Shown here one piece after another: positions 23,593-37,510 of a stretch of 64,000 nucleotides of DNA (positions are counted from its first letter, which is position 1; each line of letters opens with the position of its first letter). The notes beneath the pieces are model-generated. The model saw only the letters and a list, made by a program, of their open reading frames with translations. It did not search any database and was not told the DNA's origin. Origin of the DNA: Diplonema papillatum (taxonomy: Eukaryota); assembly GCA_030068145.1 (NCBI GenBank), contig JAPJBO010000158.1, positions 245,818 to 309,817 on the forward strand, given 5' to 3'. The translations under genes and the position numbers were made by a program.

Positions 23593-26500
23593 AGTTTTTT
23601 TTTTTTTTTTTTTTTGGTAACTGAGGGGAGAAATGCGTGACGCACGACCACAAGCCGGACCAAACTTGTGAGTGAGGGACTGTCCGTTTTTCCGTCGGGA
23701 CTTACCCACTAAAACTCAAAACTCAGAGATTCGAGAGATGCAGAGGGTGCTACCCACGGTTCTCACCGTGTACGCGGCGCGATGGAGGGGCCACCCTCCA
23801 CGCGGGACTTGGCCAGTCCTTGCGCTGTCTGCCGCAGGGGTGCCCGGTGGCTAGCCGGATCTTGCGTCGGAACCCCTGCGCTCGCTGTGGCGCGGCTTGG
23901 CGGTCCCCAATTCCGTTTTTCTACGGTCGTTGGGGTGCCTGGTGATCGTCCAGTCTAGGCGAGTCCGGTTGAACCGGCAGACTGTGGCAAGGGTACGATC
24001 ACGCCGCTCAACTCACTCGGGGAGACACCCTCCACAAGCGACCGGCTTGCGACCGGTCTGGGAGGGTGCCTCGGGTGAGGTTGCTGCTGCACCTGGGTGT
24101 TTTGGGCGCTCTTGCTCAGGCTGGGGTCCTGAAGGCGGGCTTTTTTGGGGCAGAACTTTTCCCCCAGGAGTATGGAGCAGGGGGGGTCTTTTCGCTTCAG
24201 CCGGGGCAGTGGCTGATGGGCGGCGATTATTATTATTTCTGGGGGGGCTGGAGCCTTTTTCGGGGGGGGCGGTGGTGGCTGGTCGTCCCCCGGGGGGCGC
24301 GGTTTTTTCAAGAGTTGTGGGTTGCTCAGTCCCACCGGGGGGTCTTTTCTCTTGAGTGCCTGCGGGTTTGTTTCTGGTGCTGGTGCGTTTTTCGGGGGGA
24401 GTGGCTCTCGTTTTGGGGGAGGTGCCTGCGGGTTTGTTTCGGGTGCTGAGGCGTTTTTCGGGGGGGGGAGCTCTCGTTTTTGGGGGGGTGCCTGCGGGTT
24501 TGTTTCGGATGCTGAGGCGTTTTTCGGGGGGGGGAGCTCTCGTTTTTGGGGGGGTGCCTGTGGGTTTGTTGGTGGTTGGCGTTTTTCGGGGGGCTGGGGG
24601 GTTTTCGCGGCTGCCTGCAGCTTGAGCGCCTGTGTGTGTGGATTGGGGCCTTTTGGTAGCCCTTGCTTTTTTGGTGGGGGTCGACCTTTTCCGGGGGGAT
24701 CCAGGGGCTTCGAGGTGGCCGGGGCGGTCTCCCCCTTGCGGACCTGCGGCTTTGGGGTTTTGGGCGGACGCCCCCGGAGAAGCAAGCAGCCGTCCCGGAA
24801 GACGAGGAGATGCCGGCCTCGGACGGCGCGCAGGCTGACGTCGAGCGACCGAAGGCGACGCGACGGGAAGGCGAAGTCCCCCCTCAACGGCAACACCCCC
24901 AGTGCCACCCGCACCCCCGAAAGAAACAGTAGCACCCCAGCCCCCCCAGCACGCCGCGGCCGGAACGGCAGAGGGAGTGCGGGTGGCTCCCCTGCGCCCA
25001 AGGCAGGCAGGAAAGGCGAACCCCAAGAGGGGACCGAGTCAAGTGGACTCGAGGGCGGGTACAACAGGGAGCGGGATCCGAGGCCCCTCACAGCACCCCC
25101 CTATCCAACACGACACCAACATGCAGGTCGAGGAGGCAGAGGCGACGAGGAAGGCCATCCTCAAGCCACTCGAAGCAGGCACGGCGGGCACGGCGTCGTC
25201 GCGCGACGGCTGGCGATGTGCACCCCCGAGGGCAACCCCGTCCGAGCCGTACAGGCAGAGACAGCGGTCGATGGGGACCAAGCGGGACCCGTTGGGGGTC
25301 GAGGATGGGCCACCCTCGTCTGTCCGGCCGCCGCTGGTGAGCCCCCCCTAGGGGGCACCGCTGGACTTCCCTCCCTGACCCCCGAAGGCCGGTGCAGGAA
25401 GTCGCTCTGCCTAGCAAAAGGGTGGTAGAGCCGAACCCCTCCGCCCCCCTGGGTGTGTGTGTTGGTGGTGGTGGTGTGCATGCCGGGTGCCCTTGGTCCG
25501 GCATGCGTGTGGTCGGTCGTGACGGCTGGCCCGCTACAGCTCGCACTTGACCCGGGTGTGTGGCGCTGGGTGGTGAGGGGGGGAACTCGGGGGATCGGCT
25601 CTACCCCCCCAGTGATCGGCATCACTTCCCCTTGCACCTGCCCCCGAGGGGCAGCTTGGGCGCCGGGCGCTCGTCCCTCATCTCCCTGTTCTCCCTGCCC
25701 CCCCTCCTGTGGTTGTTCGTCATTCGGGGGGGGGAGGGGCGGTGGTCCCTGCGCTGCCGGGGCCTGCGGTCCGCCGGGGGCGCCTCCGCCTCCGCCTTCC
25801 GGGGCGCCGCCGCCGCCTCCGCCGCCGCTCGCGACGCTGCTGCTGCTGTTGCTCCTGCTGCTGCCGCCCCCGCCGCCGCTGCTGCTGCTGCTGCTACTAC
25901 TGCTACTGCTGCTGCTGCTGCTGCCTGCCCCGTCGTCCGTGGAGACTTCGTCCAGCTCGAGTTCACCTTCCTCCACCCTTCGCGCCCCGAGGTGCACGTC
26001 CGCGTTCACGAGGGCGATGCGGGCCACCGCCCTTGCCACCACGAAGCTGAGCCTGTGGAACGCTAGGTGGGAGACCGCCGCGTAGGTCTCCCAGTCGTGC
26101 CTCCTGTGCACTGCGTTCACTAGCGCCCGCAGCTCGGGCAGGGCCGACTCGCCCCAGGCGCCGAAGGTGTCCACCACCATCGGGACCAGCAGCAGGTCCT
26201 GTTGCTCAGGAGCCTCCGCCAGGATGGGGCCGTCGTACGTCCGCCGCTTGACGGCCTCGTACTTCGTGGCCGCCCCACCCTCGGTCTCCGCCGCCTTCTT
26301 CACCGCGTTCGCCTGCAGCGGGAAGGTGATCGCCACGTCGATCAGCCTCCTCTTCTCTCCGCGCGTGTACGCTACGTCGACGCGCTTGTTCCTGTGTGGG
26401 TGTTTTGTGAAGGGCCGGTCCTCTAGGACCGGGCAGAGAAGCGCCTCCCTCGCGAGGGCGCCCACCTCGTTGCGGAGCGCTGTGTGCGCCCGCGTGCGCA

Positions 26501-29500
26501 GCCCCGCGTTGAGGCACGTCAGGGAGTGGTCCCCGAAGCGGTCGGCCTCGGCCGCCCCGCAGAGCCGGCACTCGCGTGCCTGCGGCGCCAGCTGCATCCC
26601 CAGCCGCAACCTCACTGCCACTGTGAGCTCGGCTGGGGACATCCAGAGGTCGTCCGGGGCGTTGTGCGCCCCGTAGAGCCACGTGGAGGCGTGCTTGGCG
26701 GCACAGCTGCGGATCCTCGCCTGGCCCCTGACCCCGACGAGCGGATCCCTCAGCAGGCCCGCCTGCCTGGCCGCGGAGATCTTCCCACTCCATTCCTTCT
26801 GCTTGCGTGGCGCGCCCGCTGCCCCTGCTTGCAGTGAGTCTCTGACCTCGGTCAGGACTTCCGGGTAGAGTGCAAGTCTGGGGCAGGCGAGCGACGCCGC
26901 GCATACGGAGTCCTGTGTGGGTGTGATTTGAAGTGGCCCCCCCCCGGGGGCTCTCGTCAGCAGCGGCAGACCCTTGATGCCCTCCAAGGTCGCCGCCACC
27001 CCTGCCACGGCCGCCGAGTCGGCGCACGAGTGCATCCCTAGGCCGCCCAGCCTCAGGGGCAGCGAGGCCTGCACCCACTCGGTGTCCCCCAGCTCGGCCC
27101 CGAGGGTCCTCGCCAGGGCTCGCCGCATGAAGGTATCCACCCTCCCGTAGTCCGCCACCGGGCCCGTGGCCCGCATGAGGGAGACCACGCAGACGAACCC
27201 CGCGCACGAGTTCAACAGGGCCAGGGCCGTGTGTGGGTCCGGGAGGCTGGCAATGGCTCTTGCCCGCTTTTCGGCCCTGTCCAGGACCTTCGCCACCGCC
27301 TCCCGTACCGCGGCCTCGGACCCACAGGGTGCCCCCAGAATCTCCCAGCTCTCCAGTGAACACCGGGTCATGGCCGCGAACTCGTCCGGCACCCGTTCGC
27401 CCGCGAGACAGACCACCTCGCTCTTCCCTCTATTGAGGTCCATCCCCACCGCGCCCCCCTCCAGCTCGAATGCGGCGAGCCACACGATCAGGTGCTCCCA
27501 TAGCCCCGCCGCGGCTCCATCATCCAGGTAGAACGCTCGCGCGTCCAGCTGGGACACCCGCAACGGGTCCGGTTGTGCTGGGGGGGCCGGCTCCTGTACC
27601 GGGGGGGCTGGTTCCTGTATCGGGGGGGCTGGTACCTGTACCGGGGGGGCTGGGCCCGCCCCTGCCCCGTCCACCTCCATGTCCTGTTCCTGTGGTTGTT
27701 GTTGTTGTTGTTGTTGTTGTTGGGGCTGGGCCGGGGCCAGGGCCCCCTGCGGAATATCATCGGCCCCCAAGGGTGGCAGCCGCTCGGCCAGGGACAAGTC
27801 CACTCTCCGCAGGACCTTCTCCAACACGAGACAGAAGAACAACGGCCCGAGTGGGTCCCCCTGTTGCACTCCGCACTCGGACCAGACCACTTCCTCCCCG
27901 AAGGAAAGCCGTGACCTGCGCCCGTACGCCGCTATCGCGTATGGCAGGAGGCCTGGGGCGCTCTCGGCCACTGCCTGCAAGATGGCCTCCCTGCTCACCT
28001 TGTTAAAGGCGTTCTGCAGGTCCACCTTCAGGATCCCCCGCCCTTGGCCGTCGCGCCGGTACGCCTCTCCCACGCACCGCATCGCGCAGACCATGGCGTC
28101 GGCGCCGGACTTCATCCCGACCCCGGTCTGGCCGCACCTCTCCAGGATGGGCTTGACCGCCTGCACCACGGACTTGTCCCTGGCCAAGATCTTGGCCGCC
28201 ATCCTCCTCAGGACCTCTCCACAGGCGATGGGCCGGAGACCCCCGTCCTTCTTCTCGAGGGCCACTAGCCTGGCCCCAAACCCGTGCGGCCGGGCCTCGT
28301 CCGGGAGGCTCCCGGTGGCGATCCGCGCGATCACCGCCACCAGAGGGGCCCTTATCGGCGAGCCCGGGCTCACCAGGTCCAGCAGGTGCTGCGCCGACAG
28401 CCCTGACGGCCCTGGTGCCGTCCCTCGGGGGAGCGCCCTCAGCGTCTTAATGACGATCCCCCAAGAGACGTCGATCTCCGCGTTCGCCTGTGGTGGTATT
28501 GGGGGGAGGGGGGGTTCTGGCGCCTGTGGGTGTTTTTCCCGCATGACCCCCAGTGTCTCCTCGTTCACTGGGGCCACCTTCGCCGCCGAGAGCGCGGCCA
28601 CCGCCTTCCCGAACCATCGGGCCTTCGTCCTGCGAATGACCTGCTGGACGGTCTTCGCATCCAGCTGGTCGGCGTCCTCCACGTCTGTCGCCAGCCCGAC
28701 GAACCGCCCGATCTGGTTGTCGTCCTCGTCCATCACGAGGAACCGGACCGGGGGCACGCCCGCCTGCCTCCTGCCTGCCGCCACTTCCTGCGCCTCCGTC
28801 CAGAGCTCGCCGAACCTGCCGTGCGCCCAAAGGTGGCAGCGACTCCTCAGGGCGGCCGCCACCTTCTTCCTCCCCCCTCTGCGCGGTTTGAAGAGGACGA
28901 GGGTGGCGAAGGAGTGTAACCGGAGCCACCCGGTTACGCTCCCCGTGGCCGCCAGCTGTAGCGCCTTCGCCAGCTGCGCGGCCACCACCAGCTGCGCATC
29001 CAGCGGGATCCGCTCCAGCTTGGGCACAGCCAGCGCGCTGATCTCCGCGAACGAGAACGGCATCTCCTCCTCGAACGCTGCGTGGGCCGGCCCCGCCGCT
29101 GGGTCGGCTGCCTGGCCTGCCGCCGGGGCCCGGCGTCGGTGGTTGTTGGCCGGTGGTGCCGCCGGGGCTGCGTCCGGGCGGTACGCCCGCGACAGGGGGC
29201 ACATGTTCCTGTGCCTGCCCTGGACTCCCGGCAGGCGCCCGCAGAGGCAGACCGGCGGCGGGGCGGCTGGGGCCGGTGGGGGGGGCGCGGCGGGCCCCGG
29301 GTGCGGTTCGACGCATCCATCCACGGTGAGGTCGTCCCCACCGCGCCCCAGCGATCTCGTTGCGGACCTGTGTGTGTGTCCCCCCTTCCCCTTCCTGTTG
29401 GGTGTCCTTTCTGGGGGTGCCGCGCTCGCCGACGAGCGGCCGAGCGCGCTCAGCCGCCTGAGGTCTTCGGCCGCTTGGCGGGGTTCTCGGCACCAGGGCC

Positions 29501-31100
29501 CGGCCCCTGGGCCTCCCCCATTGGCGCGTCGCTCCCCGGGTCCTTGTGCTCGCCGGGTTGGGGGGGGTCGGCCTCTGGCCGCTGCGACCCCATGAGGACG
29601 TCGCAGCCCGGGGGTCCGGGGGGATCTTTTTTGATGGCAAGGGCGGCGAGGGCGAGGGCGAGGCGGCGCTCCTTGTCCTCTTTCATTTGGGCGAGGGCCT
29701 CTGTGGCCTCCGCCGCCTCCAAGAAGGCGACGTCCCTCCTCCCTTCCCTCTCCCCGACCTGCAGTTGCAGGGATCTGCGAGGCCACTGCCTCGCCTCTTC
29801 GAGGGTGATTCCCTCTCGCTCCCTCCCCTCGCGCGTCATCTGCGCCTTCTGGGCCTCGTACTCCTGGGAGAGTACGAGAGCCCCTGCCGCGTGCGCCCTC
29901 AGCCCAGCCTCCATGTACCGGACGCACGTCCCGTACATGTTCCCCCAGGCCCGGGCCGCCACCTCTGCCCTGTGCATGGCGGAGTGGTGCTCCACCTCTC
30001 CCCGGGTGGCGACCACCGCCCCGCAGCCCGGGCAGACCTCGCCCGCGAAGCCCAGCTCCGTAAGCGCGAGCGGCTCGGACTCGCGCATGGCTGCCCACAG
30101 GGCGGCGGCTTCCGTGAGGGCTGCCCACCGGATGGCGGCCCTCAGCTCCTCCTCCTTGAGCAGGAGCGCCTCCCCGGGGTCGAAGGGGCTGTCCCACCTC
30201 CACTCCGGAGCAGGCTCCGCCGGGGGGGAGGCCCGCTCCGTGGGTGCGGCGGGCGGCTCCGGGAGCTGGCGAGAGAAGGCCCACGGGGCTACAGGGGCGG
30301 CCTGGAACCGGGCGGCGACCGGGGAGGACCCGGTGGCTTGGGGGGGGGAGAAAGTGGAAGACACACCGTCGACTGGCTCCCACCTTCGCGGCAGACGACC
30401 CATCAGCCGTGGGTCCTGCGGGTGCGCCGCCTCGCACGCTGCGTCGTCGCAGCCTTCGATGTCGCACGCAGCGACGTGGCGGTGCCGGCACCCGGCCCGA
30501 CGGCACCCCAAGGCCGTCAGGGCCTCGATGCAGGCCGGTGTGGGCACGTGCCTGAAGCGGCACGGCTGGCGGCTGCATCCGCCGGGCGAGTTGAACTCGC
30601 GGCAGAGGGGGCGGTCCCCCCTGCGGTCCTCCTGCGGCGGGGGCGCTCTCCCGCCGGCCTTCTGCGGTGCAGCCGTCGCTGCCCTTCTCGATGCGGCCTC
30701 TCCGGGCCCCTGTCGTTGCTGTGCGGTCGTCACCGCCTTCGACGTCGGCTTCGATGCCGTCGGCTGCGCGGCTTCCGCCTTCCGCCCCTCGCTGACATGC
30801 GGGGGCTTGCGGCCAGGCGATCCGACTGTTTTCCAGCCGGATCGGGTCATCCTGGGGGGCGCGCGTTGTGTGTGTGTGCGTGGTTCTTTGTGTGTGCGTG
30901 CGGGTGTGTGCGCGTGTTCTTTTTTTTTCGTGCGTGTGTGCGGGGTAGTAGGTGGTGGGGGTAGGTGGTGTGTGAGTTGTTAGCGCGCGTGTGCGAGCTA
31001 GGGGTGAACACAAAGTGCGGGGCTTGCGTCCTACACCGTGCGCCTCTCTAGCTTGCTTCCTTTGTTACCAACTTCCTTTGTTTTCTCCTCCAGGACAACA
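23593..31100 (-). mobile_element. Full-length non-LTR retrotransposon with RT and C-terminal CCHC zinc finger plus restriction-like endonuclease (R2/CRE/NeSL-type architecture) and a poly(A) tail, inserted in thiolase intron 2
   Basis: There is a single 1950-aa ORF at 31013-25161 on the minus strand. RT motifs are present: TAPGPSGLSAQHL, LEKKDGGLRPIACGEV, KVDLQNAFNKV, QQGDPLGPLFFCLVL, YLDDGAAAG, GMDLNRGKSE. Downstream of RT are CRLCGAAEADRFGDHSLTC and RTRAHTALRNEVGALAREAL, then KRVDVAYTRGEKRRLIDVAITFP, which resembles the R2 CCHC plus PD-(D/E)xK region. The 3' UTR is about 1.5 kb and ends in T22 on the + strand at 23593-23614. The 5' boundary is approximate. Confidence 0.8.
24340..24580. repeat. 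Tandem repeat, about 60 bp unit x4, inside the LINE 3' UTR
   Basis: TGCCTGCGGGTTTGTTTC.GGTGCTGAGGCGTTTTTCGGGGGGGGGAGCTCTCGTTTTTGGGGGGG is repeated. This explains the repetitive pseudo-ORFs on both strands. Confidence 0.7.
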
Positions 31101-31517
31101 AACGGAGGCGGAACATGAATGTACCTGGCCTTCCTTTAGCTCCGTGAGGTCGGGAGGAGGAACGGTTTCCGGGGTGCTTTGTTGTCGGCTCGGGTCAGTA
31201 GTCCGGTTGGAAAGCTTCTTTCTGGCTCCTGCCGAGGCCCGAGTTGTTTATCCCGGCCACATGGAAACCCCCGGGACCTCCACCCTTTTTCGCGTTTACA
31301 AACTCACACTTCATTGTTGTCACCATAAAGAAGTTTTTGTTTGTACGTGCCGAGAGGATCAGCCTAGTAGTCAGCGAACGTGATCGTCAAGGTAATCTTT
31401 CTCCCAAATACGCTGCAAGCGCTCTCGTTGTTGCAAATCAATTGCTAGTGCGAAAGCGCTCTCGTTCTTGCAATTAGTAATAAGTTAATGCGAAAAAGGT
31501 CTCTTCAGAGGTTTTAA

Positions 31518-31870
<353 letters not shown>

Positions 31871-31988
31871 AAGCACCGCAACTGAATCGGTCATGTGCCA
31901 GTAGCGAAAGTGACACACCGTGCTCGAAAGACATAGGCGTAAACACTCGATCATGGACTCTGTCTGAAACTACAACAATCACACAGGG

Positions 31989-32105
31989 GCTCGTATCACT
32001 GCGCACTTGGTTTACGCTATGAAACAGAGAAGCGTCGAGTACTCTGTCGGCGCGGCGTGCATCGGTGGAGGTCAGGGTATCGCCGTTGTCTTGCAGGCCA
32101 TCTAA
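31989..32105 (+). CDS. Thiolase, exon 4 (terminal, with stop)
   Basis: The acceptor is CACACAG|GG, with GG completing the phase-1 Gly. ARITAHLVYAMKQRSVEYSVGAACIGGGQGIAVVLQAI* matches the thiolase C-terminus (CIGGG.G.A). Confidence 0.85.
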   Translation, partial: ARITAHLVYAMKQRSVEYSVGAACIGGGQGIAVVLQAI

Positions 32106-32954
32106 AGGCTTCAAGACACTTCGTTTCGGTGCTCAAGCGCTACAATCTTCGGACGGCCCAACAACGTGATCAACACGTGCATGTCTGAAGGCCCGCACAA
32201 CGCGTCATGGGTAAGGTGCCCGGGAACCATGCAAACAGCTTGTATTCGTCCAAGCCACAATCTTGCGGCCTGCGTCCGCCAATCTTGTGGTCGTCTCCAC
32301 TGACCCCATACCGCCCATTCCACCACCGTCACCACTTCACCAACAGGCATGGTAACACGCACTTTTGCGTGCCTATCCAGCACTTCACCGCTTCACTTTA
32401 GGCCACCACTCTGTTTTTCTTTAGCGATAAACAGTACCTGGCTCCCTAGAGAGCATATACCCTACGGAACACACATTTAAAACGAAGCGTTGACAGCGTG
32501 TTCAACCTAAACCGCGCAAGCACAGTATGTCTAGTCACGACGCTGTGAAGGGAAATAGGCTGGCAGGAAAACCGCCTCCAGTTCTTCCTTGCTTCAGCCT
32601 TACACCGCCTCTAAGTTTGTGTGTTGGTGCCCTTAACCACATACAGACGGAGAGTGGGTGTTAATTTTGGGAAAATGAACTTTCAGGGCAAACCTTGGGT
32701 CATACTCAAAAGGGGGTTTCGTAGGTCAAAAACGGGAACCGAAGGGCGCAGTGGAAAGATTTCGTGGCAGATCTTCCAAATGCGCACCTCGACACTGAAT
32801 GAGTACACATGGAAGCCAGGACGGGCCCCGTGCCTCTTGCAGATACTCGCGAATAACTTGTATTAACTACGCCATATGGCGTAGTTCGTTTTCTGTGGTT
32901 AACCTAGGCTACTGCGTACGGCCGCCCTTGGACCTGTTCGCGCACCGCGATAAA

Positions 32955-33100
32955 CCTGCAAGAGGACACTCTTACCATCGGCGAAGGCCGTCCAGGGGAG
33001 CTAGAGGAGAGTGCAAAAAAAAAAAGTAACCTGCAAGAGGACACTCTTACCGTCGGCGAAGGCCGTCCAGGGGAGCCAGAGGAGAATGAAAAAAAAAAGT
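32955..33100. repeat. About 73 bp direct duplication, each unit ending in A10-11
   Basis: CCTGCAAGAGGACACTCTTACC.TCGGCGAAGGCCGTCCAGGGGAGC.AGAGGAGA.TG.AAAAAAAAAAGTAA occurs twice. Confidence 0.6.
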
Positions 33101-33965
33101 AAACGATTGGAACCGTGTTTCGACCGGGGGAATGTTGTGGTATTCGCATGTGGTTTGTTTTTGCTCTGTCTTCAGCCGGGCCGGTAGGCCACGAGGAGAA
33201 ACGGCGGGGCCCTGGAAAGCAGGTCTGTTTGTGGTCGTGTCCCAGGGTGTTCACACCATCTGCCGCGCAAACAGTTCGCCTATCTTGTTGCGCTTCCCCC
33301 GTGTAACTTTTGGTTTCAAAAAGCTGCCTGATGAAGACCGGCGAGTGCCTGGTAGAGACTGAATCCCCAGGGGCGGAGTCTGGCTCACCGGAAGACTTGC
33401 GTAACAGTGCTCCCGCCTTTCCTCCTATCACTACCGCCTGATGCCCCTCGATACCGCCCTGCACGGCTTCTCGCAGAGTGGCGCCAGCACACTGTGCTCG
33501 CTTCCACCTTTACAAGCAATTTAACGACCATCCTGCCGCCGTGAAAGGATTTCCGGAGAAGCGCCTGCGACCCTTGGACAGGGCTTTCGCAAATGAGGAC
33601 GGCCCATCACAAGCAGGCCTTACCACAGCAGTACCGAGAACACAATCGGGGACATTTTCTTTGGGGATTTGGCCGGAAGCTCCGGCTTGTGCGTCCGCAT
33701 GACCGTCGAAGAACTCGTCGTCAGACCTCACGACGCATTGTGTTTCGGTGTGTTGAACATTTGGACCCCCTCAAAAGCGTTTGCCCCAGGGTGCGTCGTC
33801 AGGGAGCCTAGCTCGAAGAAGAAGTATACGCGGACGCTGTGTCGCATAATCTTGTTCGAAAGTTTTTGCCACACACGCGACCCTTGTTTTTGTTATTTTG
33901 GTCTTTTTGTTTTCTTGTTCGAAGACGTCGTCGTATTGATATTGACCGAAAGGGCAACAGTAGTG

Positions 33966-34097
33966 AGCCAATTCACCTACCCCCCCTGAAAGCGACTTGA
34001 GCTCGATTACACTCGATTACGCGTCGATTACACTCGATTACACTCGATTACGATCGATTACAATCGATCAGCTTTTGGTGAATTGGGGGGGTACTGT
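33966..34097. repeat. 12 bp minisatellite (CACTCGATTACA)n bounded by inverted repeats CCAATTCACC...GGTGAATTGG. A related array lies at 35690-35830.
   Basis: Seen in sequence. Both loci end ...GATCAG..GGTGAATTGG. Confidence 0.6.
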
Positions 34098-35399
34098 AAC
34101 AATTGATTAAACACACAGCACTCAGCCAATCCTGATTAGCCGATGCAACGTGTCTATTATCGAGCCTTCTTCTGGGGCTAAAGATGCTGATAGCACGATC
34201 ATCGAATATCGAACAAAAAGAAGCATATTCGTCTGAAAAAAGGATGAGGAAGTTCGGACTGACTTGTGGAAGCAGGTTGTCGAGTGCATAGGGGCTCGGG
34301 TACCCGTTTTCCCGTATTAGCAACCTTTGCAATTTAGCGCAGCTAATACTCGAGCCTTTTGGCATTCCCTGCGGGGCAGTTCCAGGCGATAGGGCAAGCG
34401 CTTGGCAGACACCCTGTCCTCGAAGATGTCAAGTTTCTGTTTGTGGGTTCGATCTCCCTGGCGACAACAAGGCGGTTGAAAACGGAGGCTAATCTCACCT
34501 TTAGGCACTGCAATGTCACGCATGCCATTGTCAGACGCTACCGTCTGGCATTGCGCAATTCGTGCCATAGTCGTTGGGGGTATTGACAAGGGGGTTCAGT
34601 GGACACTCATCTGTTGGCTCCTCGTTACTGCCCACGTAGGTTCCGGGAGGTCTGCTTGGCTGCACGCGGCTTGTGGTGTTGCTTCGTTCTTGAACTTTTT
34701 CTTCGGCTTCATGCGGTTCATCGTCCCGGCCTGCCCCTGGTACACGACTCGTCTCGTCTCCGTAGCTCGTCTATCCTGCTTCACTTCGTGCTTCCATCGA
34801 GCCTACTTGCGCTGTCACATTCCGATGGGTAGTGCGTCTGCGGGAGGAACCTGCCGTTATTGTGGCTGACACACCCTGTCCCTGCGGCCTTCATCGCTGT
34901 CTGCTCTCGTGCGGCCACTGTGGGGCATGATTCCGCCTCGGATCCTCGGTTGTGCTCCTTAGCTGGATCGCTAGCTCGATAAGAAGAGCTGGTGTGTGGG
35001 CACAAGCGAATGTGGTTGCGGTTGCGGGCCGGCCGGCGTGACTGCGAGCAGACAGGCTGCATGCGCGTGGGCCCAATCGCGCCATTCACGCGGTACTCCA
35101 AAGGCCTAATCGGGCCGGGCCGGCACATACAGATTGCGACCGGGGCCAGCGTCGCACCTCGGTCTCGTCCCTTACAGCCGGAGCACGTGGCTCTCCCCAA
35201 GCCTCTGGGAAGGTGGCGGAGCTGGGAAGACGCGAGAGAAACCCAAAGTAGCGGCGGCCGACCTCTGTCTGCAAGCACGTCTCTGGCAGGGCAGTCGGCA
35301 CCAAACGGAGCACAGTACCTCTTCCAAAGCAGTCGGCTGAAGCGGAGCACAGTCAATGGGCATTCAGAGAGTGCAAAGCATGTCTCTTGTAGGGCAGTG

Positions 35400-35575
35400 G
35401 GCAGCGGGCTTTGAGGGAAAGGTCAGCGCGGTAGCGATGACCAGGAGAACACATACAGATGGGTGGGGAGAGGCCTTGGGACTAAGGCGTGACTACCCCC
35501 GTCCCTGTCCCTCCCAGGGCGCCACCCCGAATCTAGCCTGGCTCCACCACGGTGAAGGCCCACACCTGCGGTTTC
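35400..35575 (+). repeat. SINE-like family E copy (about 170 bp, ends in a CT-rich tail)
   Basis: GAAAGGTCAGCGCGGTAGCGATGACCAGGAGAACACATACAG..GGTGGG...CCCCGTCCCTGTCCCTCCCAGGG.GCCACCCCGAATCTAGCCTGG. Homologous to 38444-39030 and 47950-48123. Confidence 0.65.
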
Positions 35576-36689
35576 CGTGCCTCGTATGCTTGTGCTTGGC
35601 ACTTCTTGGGCCAGACAGTGGTCAACATGGTCGCTCATGGGCCAGCCAGGGGTCCACCAGTGGTCGAACCCAAAATACTAGTGTCAATTTCGATCACACT
35701 CGACAACGCTCGACTACACTCTACTACACTCTACTACACTCGATTACACTCTACTACACTCGATTACACTATATTACACTCGATTACGCTCGATCAGGGG
35801 GTGGGTGAATTGGCTCAAGTAGCGCGTTTCCATTTCCTTCCTGTATTTCGCCTCCCCTCCCCCCGTCGTTGTGGGAGCCTACACGCTGGAGTCCAGCCTG
35901 GAGGCTGGAGTTGAAGCTGGAGGCAAAAAGCGGTTCACACCCGTAGTTGCACGCGTTTTGGTTGCAGCACGTCGGCTTTTCGGGTGTGACTCGGACACAC
36001 CCTCTTTAACTCCAGCTTCTGAGGCTTGGACCTCACCGAGTGATCCCCGAGACTGATGTGTCTGTGCTCTCGTAGCATGGGTGGTCCTAGCTGTGCCGAG
36101 CTACGAAGAGCCGCCTGGCAAGCCAGACTCACACCGCTGTCCGGTCTGCAGACACTCAGGTTCCGCGTGGCTTGACGAGCAGCAACACGGTGCAGATAAG
36201 AGGACACCGAGCTGAGCACGTGCCAAGCACGTTCTCTCCCCCCCTTTCCCCCCCGTCTCCTCTCGCATCCATCTTAAGATCTGCTCTTGCTCTTTTTCGT
36301 AGGGGCATCCGGAGTCTGTTGGTCGCCCGCTTGGAGTAGATACAGCTGCCTGATGAGGCCAATAAAAAGGAAGGGCCCTCGCTGTCTACCCTCTCAGCCG
36401 TTCGTTCGCGTTTTGCTTAAAGCCGTCCAGAAACTGAACGAAACGTCGGGTCGTCCGACGTCGCCAGCACGTCCCCCTGGCGTCGTATCAACTCTTCGCC
36501 TAGTGATTGGCCTGCATCCTTCGGGGGAAAACCGTGAACGTAGACTTTCTGCTTTCATTGCCCGATCATTGCCCCGTAGCAAAAATCGTGGAGGCCTCGA
36601 AGTTTAGAAGCGAAATTGAGAAGGGTCGACGGCCTTGGATCGCACAACCGAGGGCTTCGCATAGAGCCCACCGTCCACCAAACTTGACT

Positions 36690-37262
36690 TTTTCTTTTAC
36701 ATAAGCGCCAGCTTGAAAGGAAAGGCTCGACGATGCTGCCCGACAAAGAACAGAAGGGATCCCAAGTGTTGTAACTACCGAACCACGTGTTGAACGGACG
36801 TGAGGTCATGCGGGTCTACCCCTACACGACAAATCACACAAAACAACAGGTCAAAAGTCCTGAGTGAGAAAACAACACACGGTGGTGTAAGCGAAGAACA
36901 AATCAGATTGTGTTTGTATTGTATTTGCCCCTTACCTCTATATTTCCCCTTTCATTCGGAGTCGAAGCAGCTACGTCGAGTATTTTTACATAATCGCCAG
37001 CTTGAGAGGAAATGCTCGACGATGCTGCCCGACAAAGAACAGAAGGCTTCCCAAGTGCTGTAACTACCGAACCACGTTAAACGGACGTGCGGTCATGCGG
37101 GTCTCCCCTGCACGACAAATCACACAAACAACAGGTCGACGTCCTGAGCGAGAGAACAACACACGGTGGAAGAACAAATCAGATCGTGTTTGTATTTGCC
37201 CCTTACCTCTATACTTCCTCCCTTCCATTCGGAGTCGAAGCAGCTACGTCGAGTATTTTGAA
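36690..37262 (+). repeat. Two tandem copies of SINE-like family A (about 285 bp each)
   Basis: Each unit runs TACATAAGCGCCAGCTTGAAAGGAAA.GCTCGACGATGCTGCCCGACAAAGAACAGAAGG...GGAGTCGAAGCAGCTACGTCGAGTATTTT. These produce the artefactual minus-strand ORF at 36555-36809. Confidence 0.75.
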
Positions 37263-37289
37263 CCAATCACACCCTGAAAGCTGTGTAGA

Positions 37290-37510
37290 AGTTCGCTAAT
37301 CGAAGCGCGGCCATTCCCCAAGCGCCACGAAGAAGCAGAAATCGACGCGCAACTGATGAACCTGGACGAGCAGTCGAAGGAGAATAGAGGCACCAAACGC
37401 GCGCCTGCGCGGGACGATCAAGACGAGCTAAAGAGGCGAAAGCATGACACATCACGTGCGAAGAGATAACCGCGCCGCCGGCGATGCAGATTATCGCTTC
37501 AGATTCTTTG
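37290..37510 (+). repeat. Repeat family F copy (inverted relative to 16540-16830) with conserved small ORF end
   Basis: The reverse complement aligns to 16550-16760. The + strand encodes ...EAEIDAQLMNLDEQSKENRGTKRAPARDDQDELKRRKHDTSRAKR*. Confidence 0.5.

Noticed and set aside
23897-31013. Numerous + strand and alternative-frame ORFs (for example 24322-25428, 27679-29595, 29082-30983, 29546-30964, 26206-27363) overlapping the LINE
   Set aside because: Very GC-rich element with repeat-derived low-complexity translations (Pro/Arg/Gly/Ala). Only the minus-strand 1950-aa frame contains RT and endonuclease motifs.
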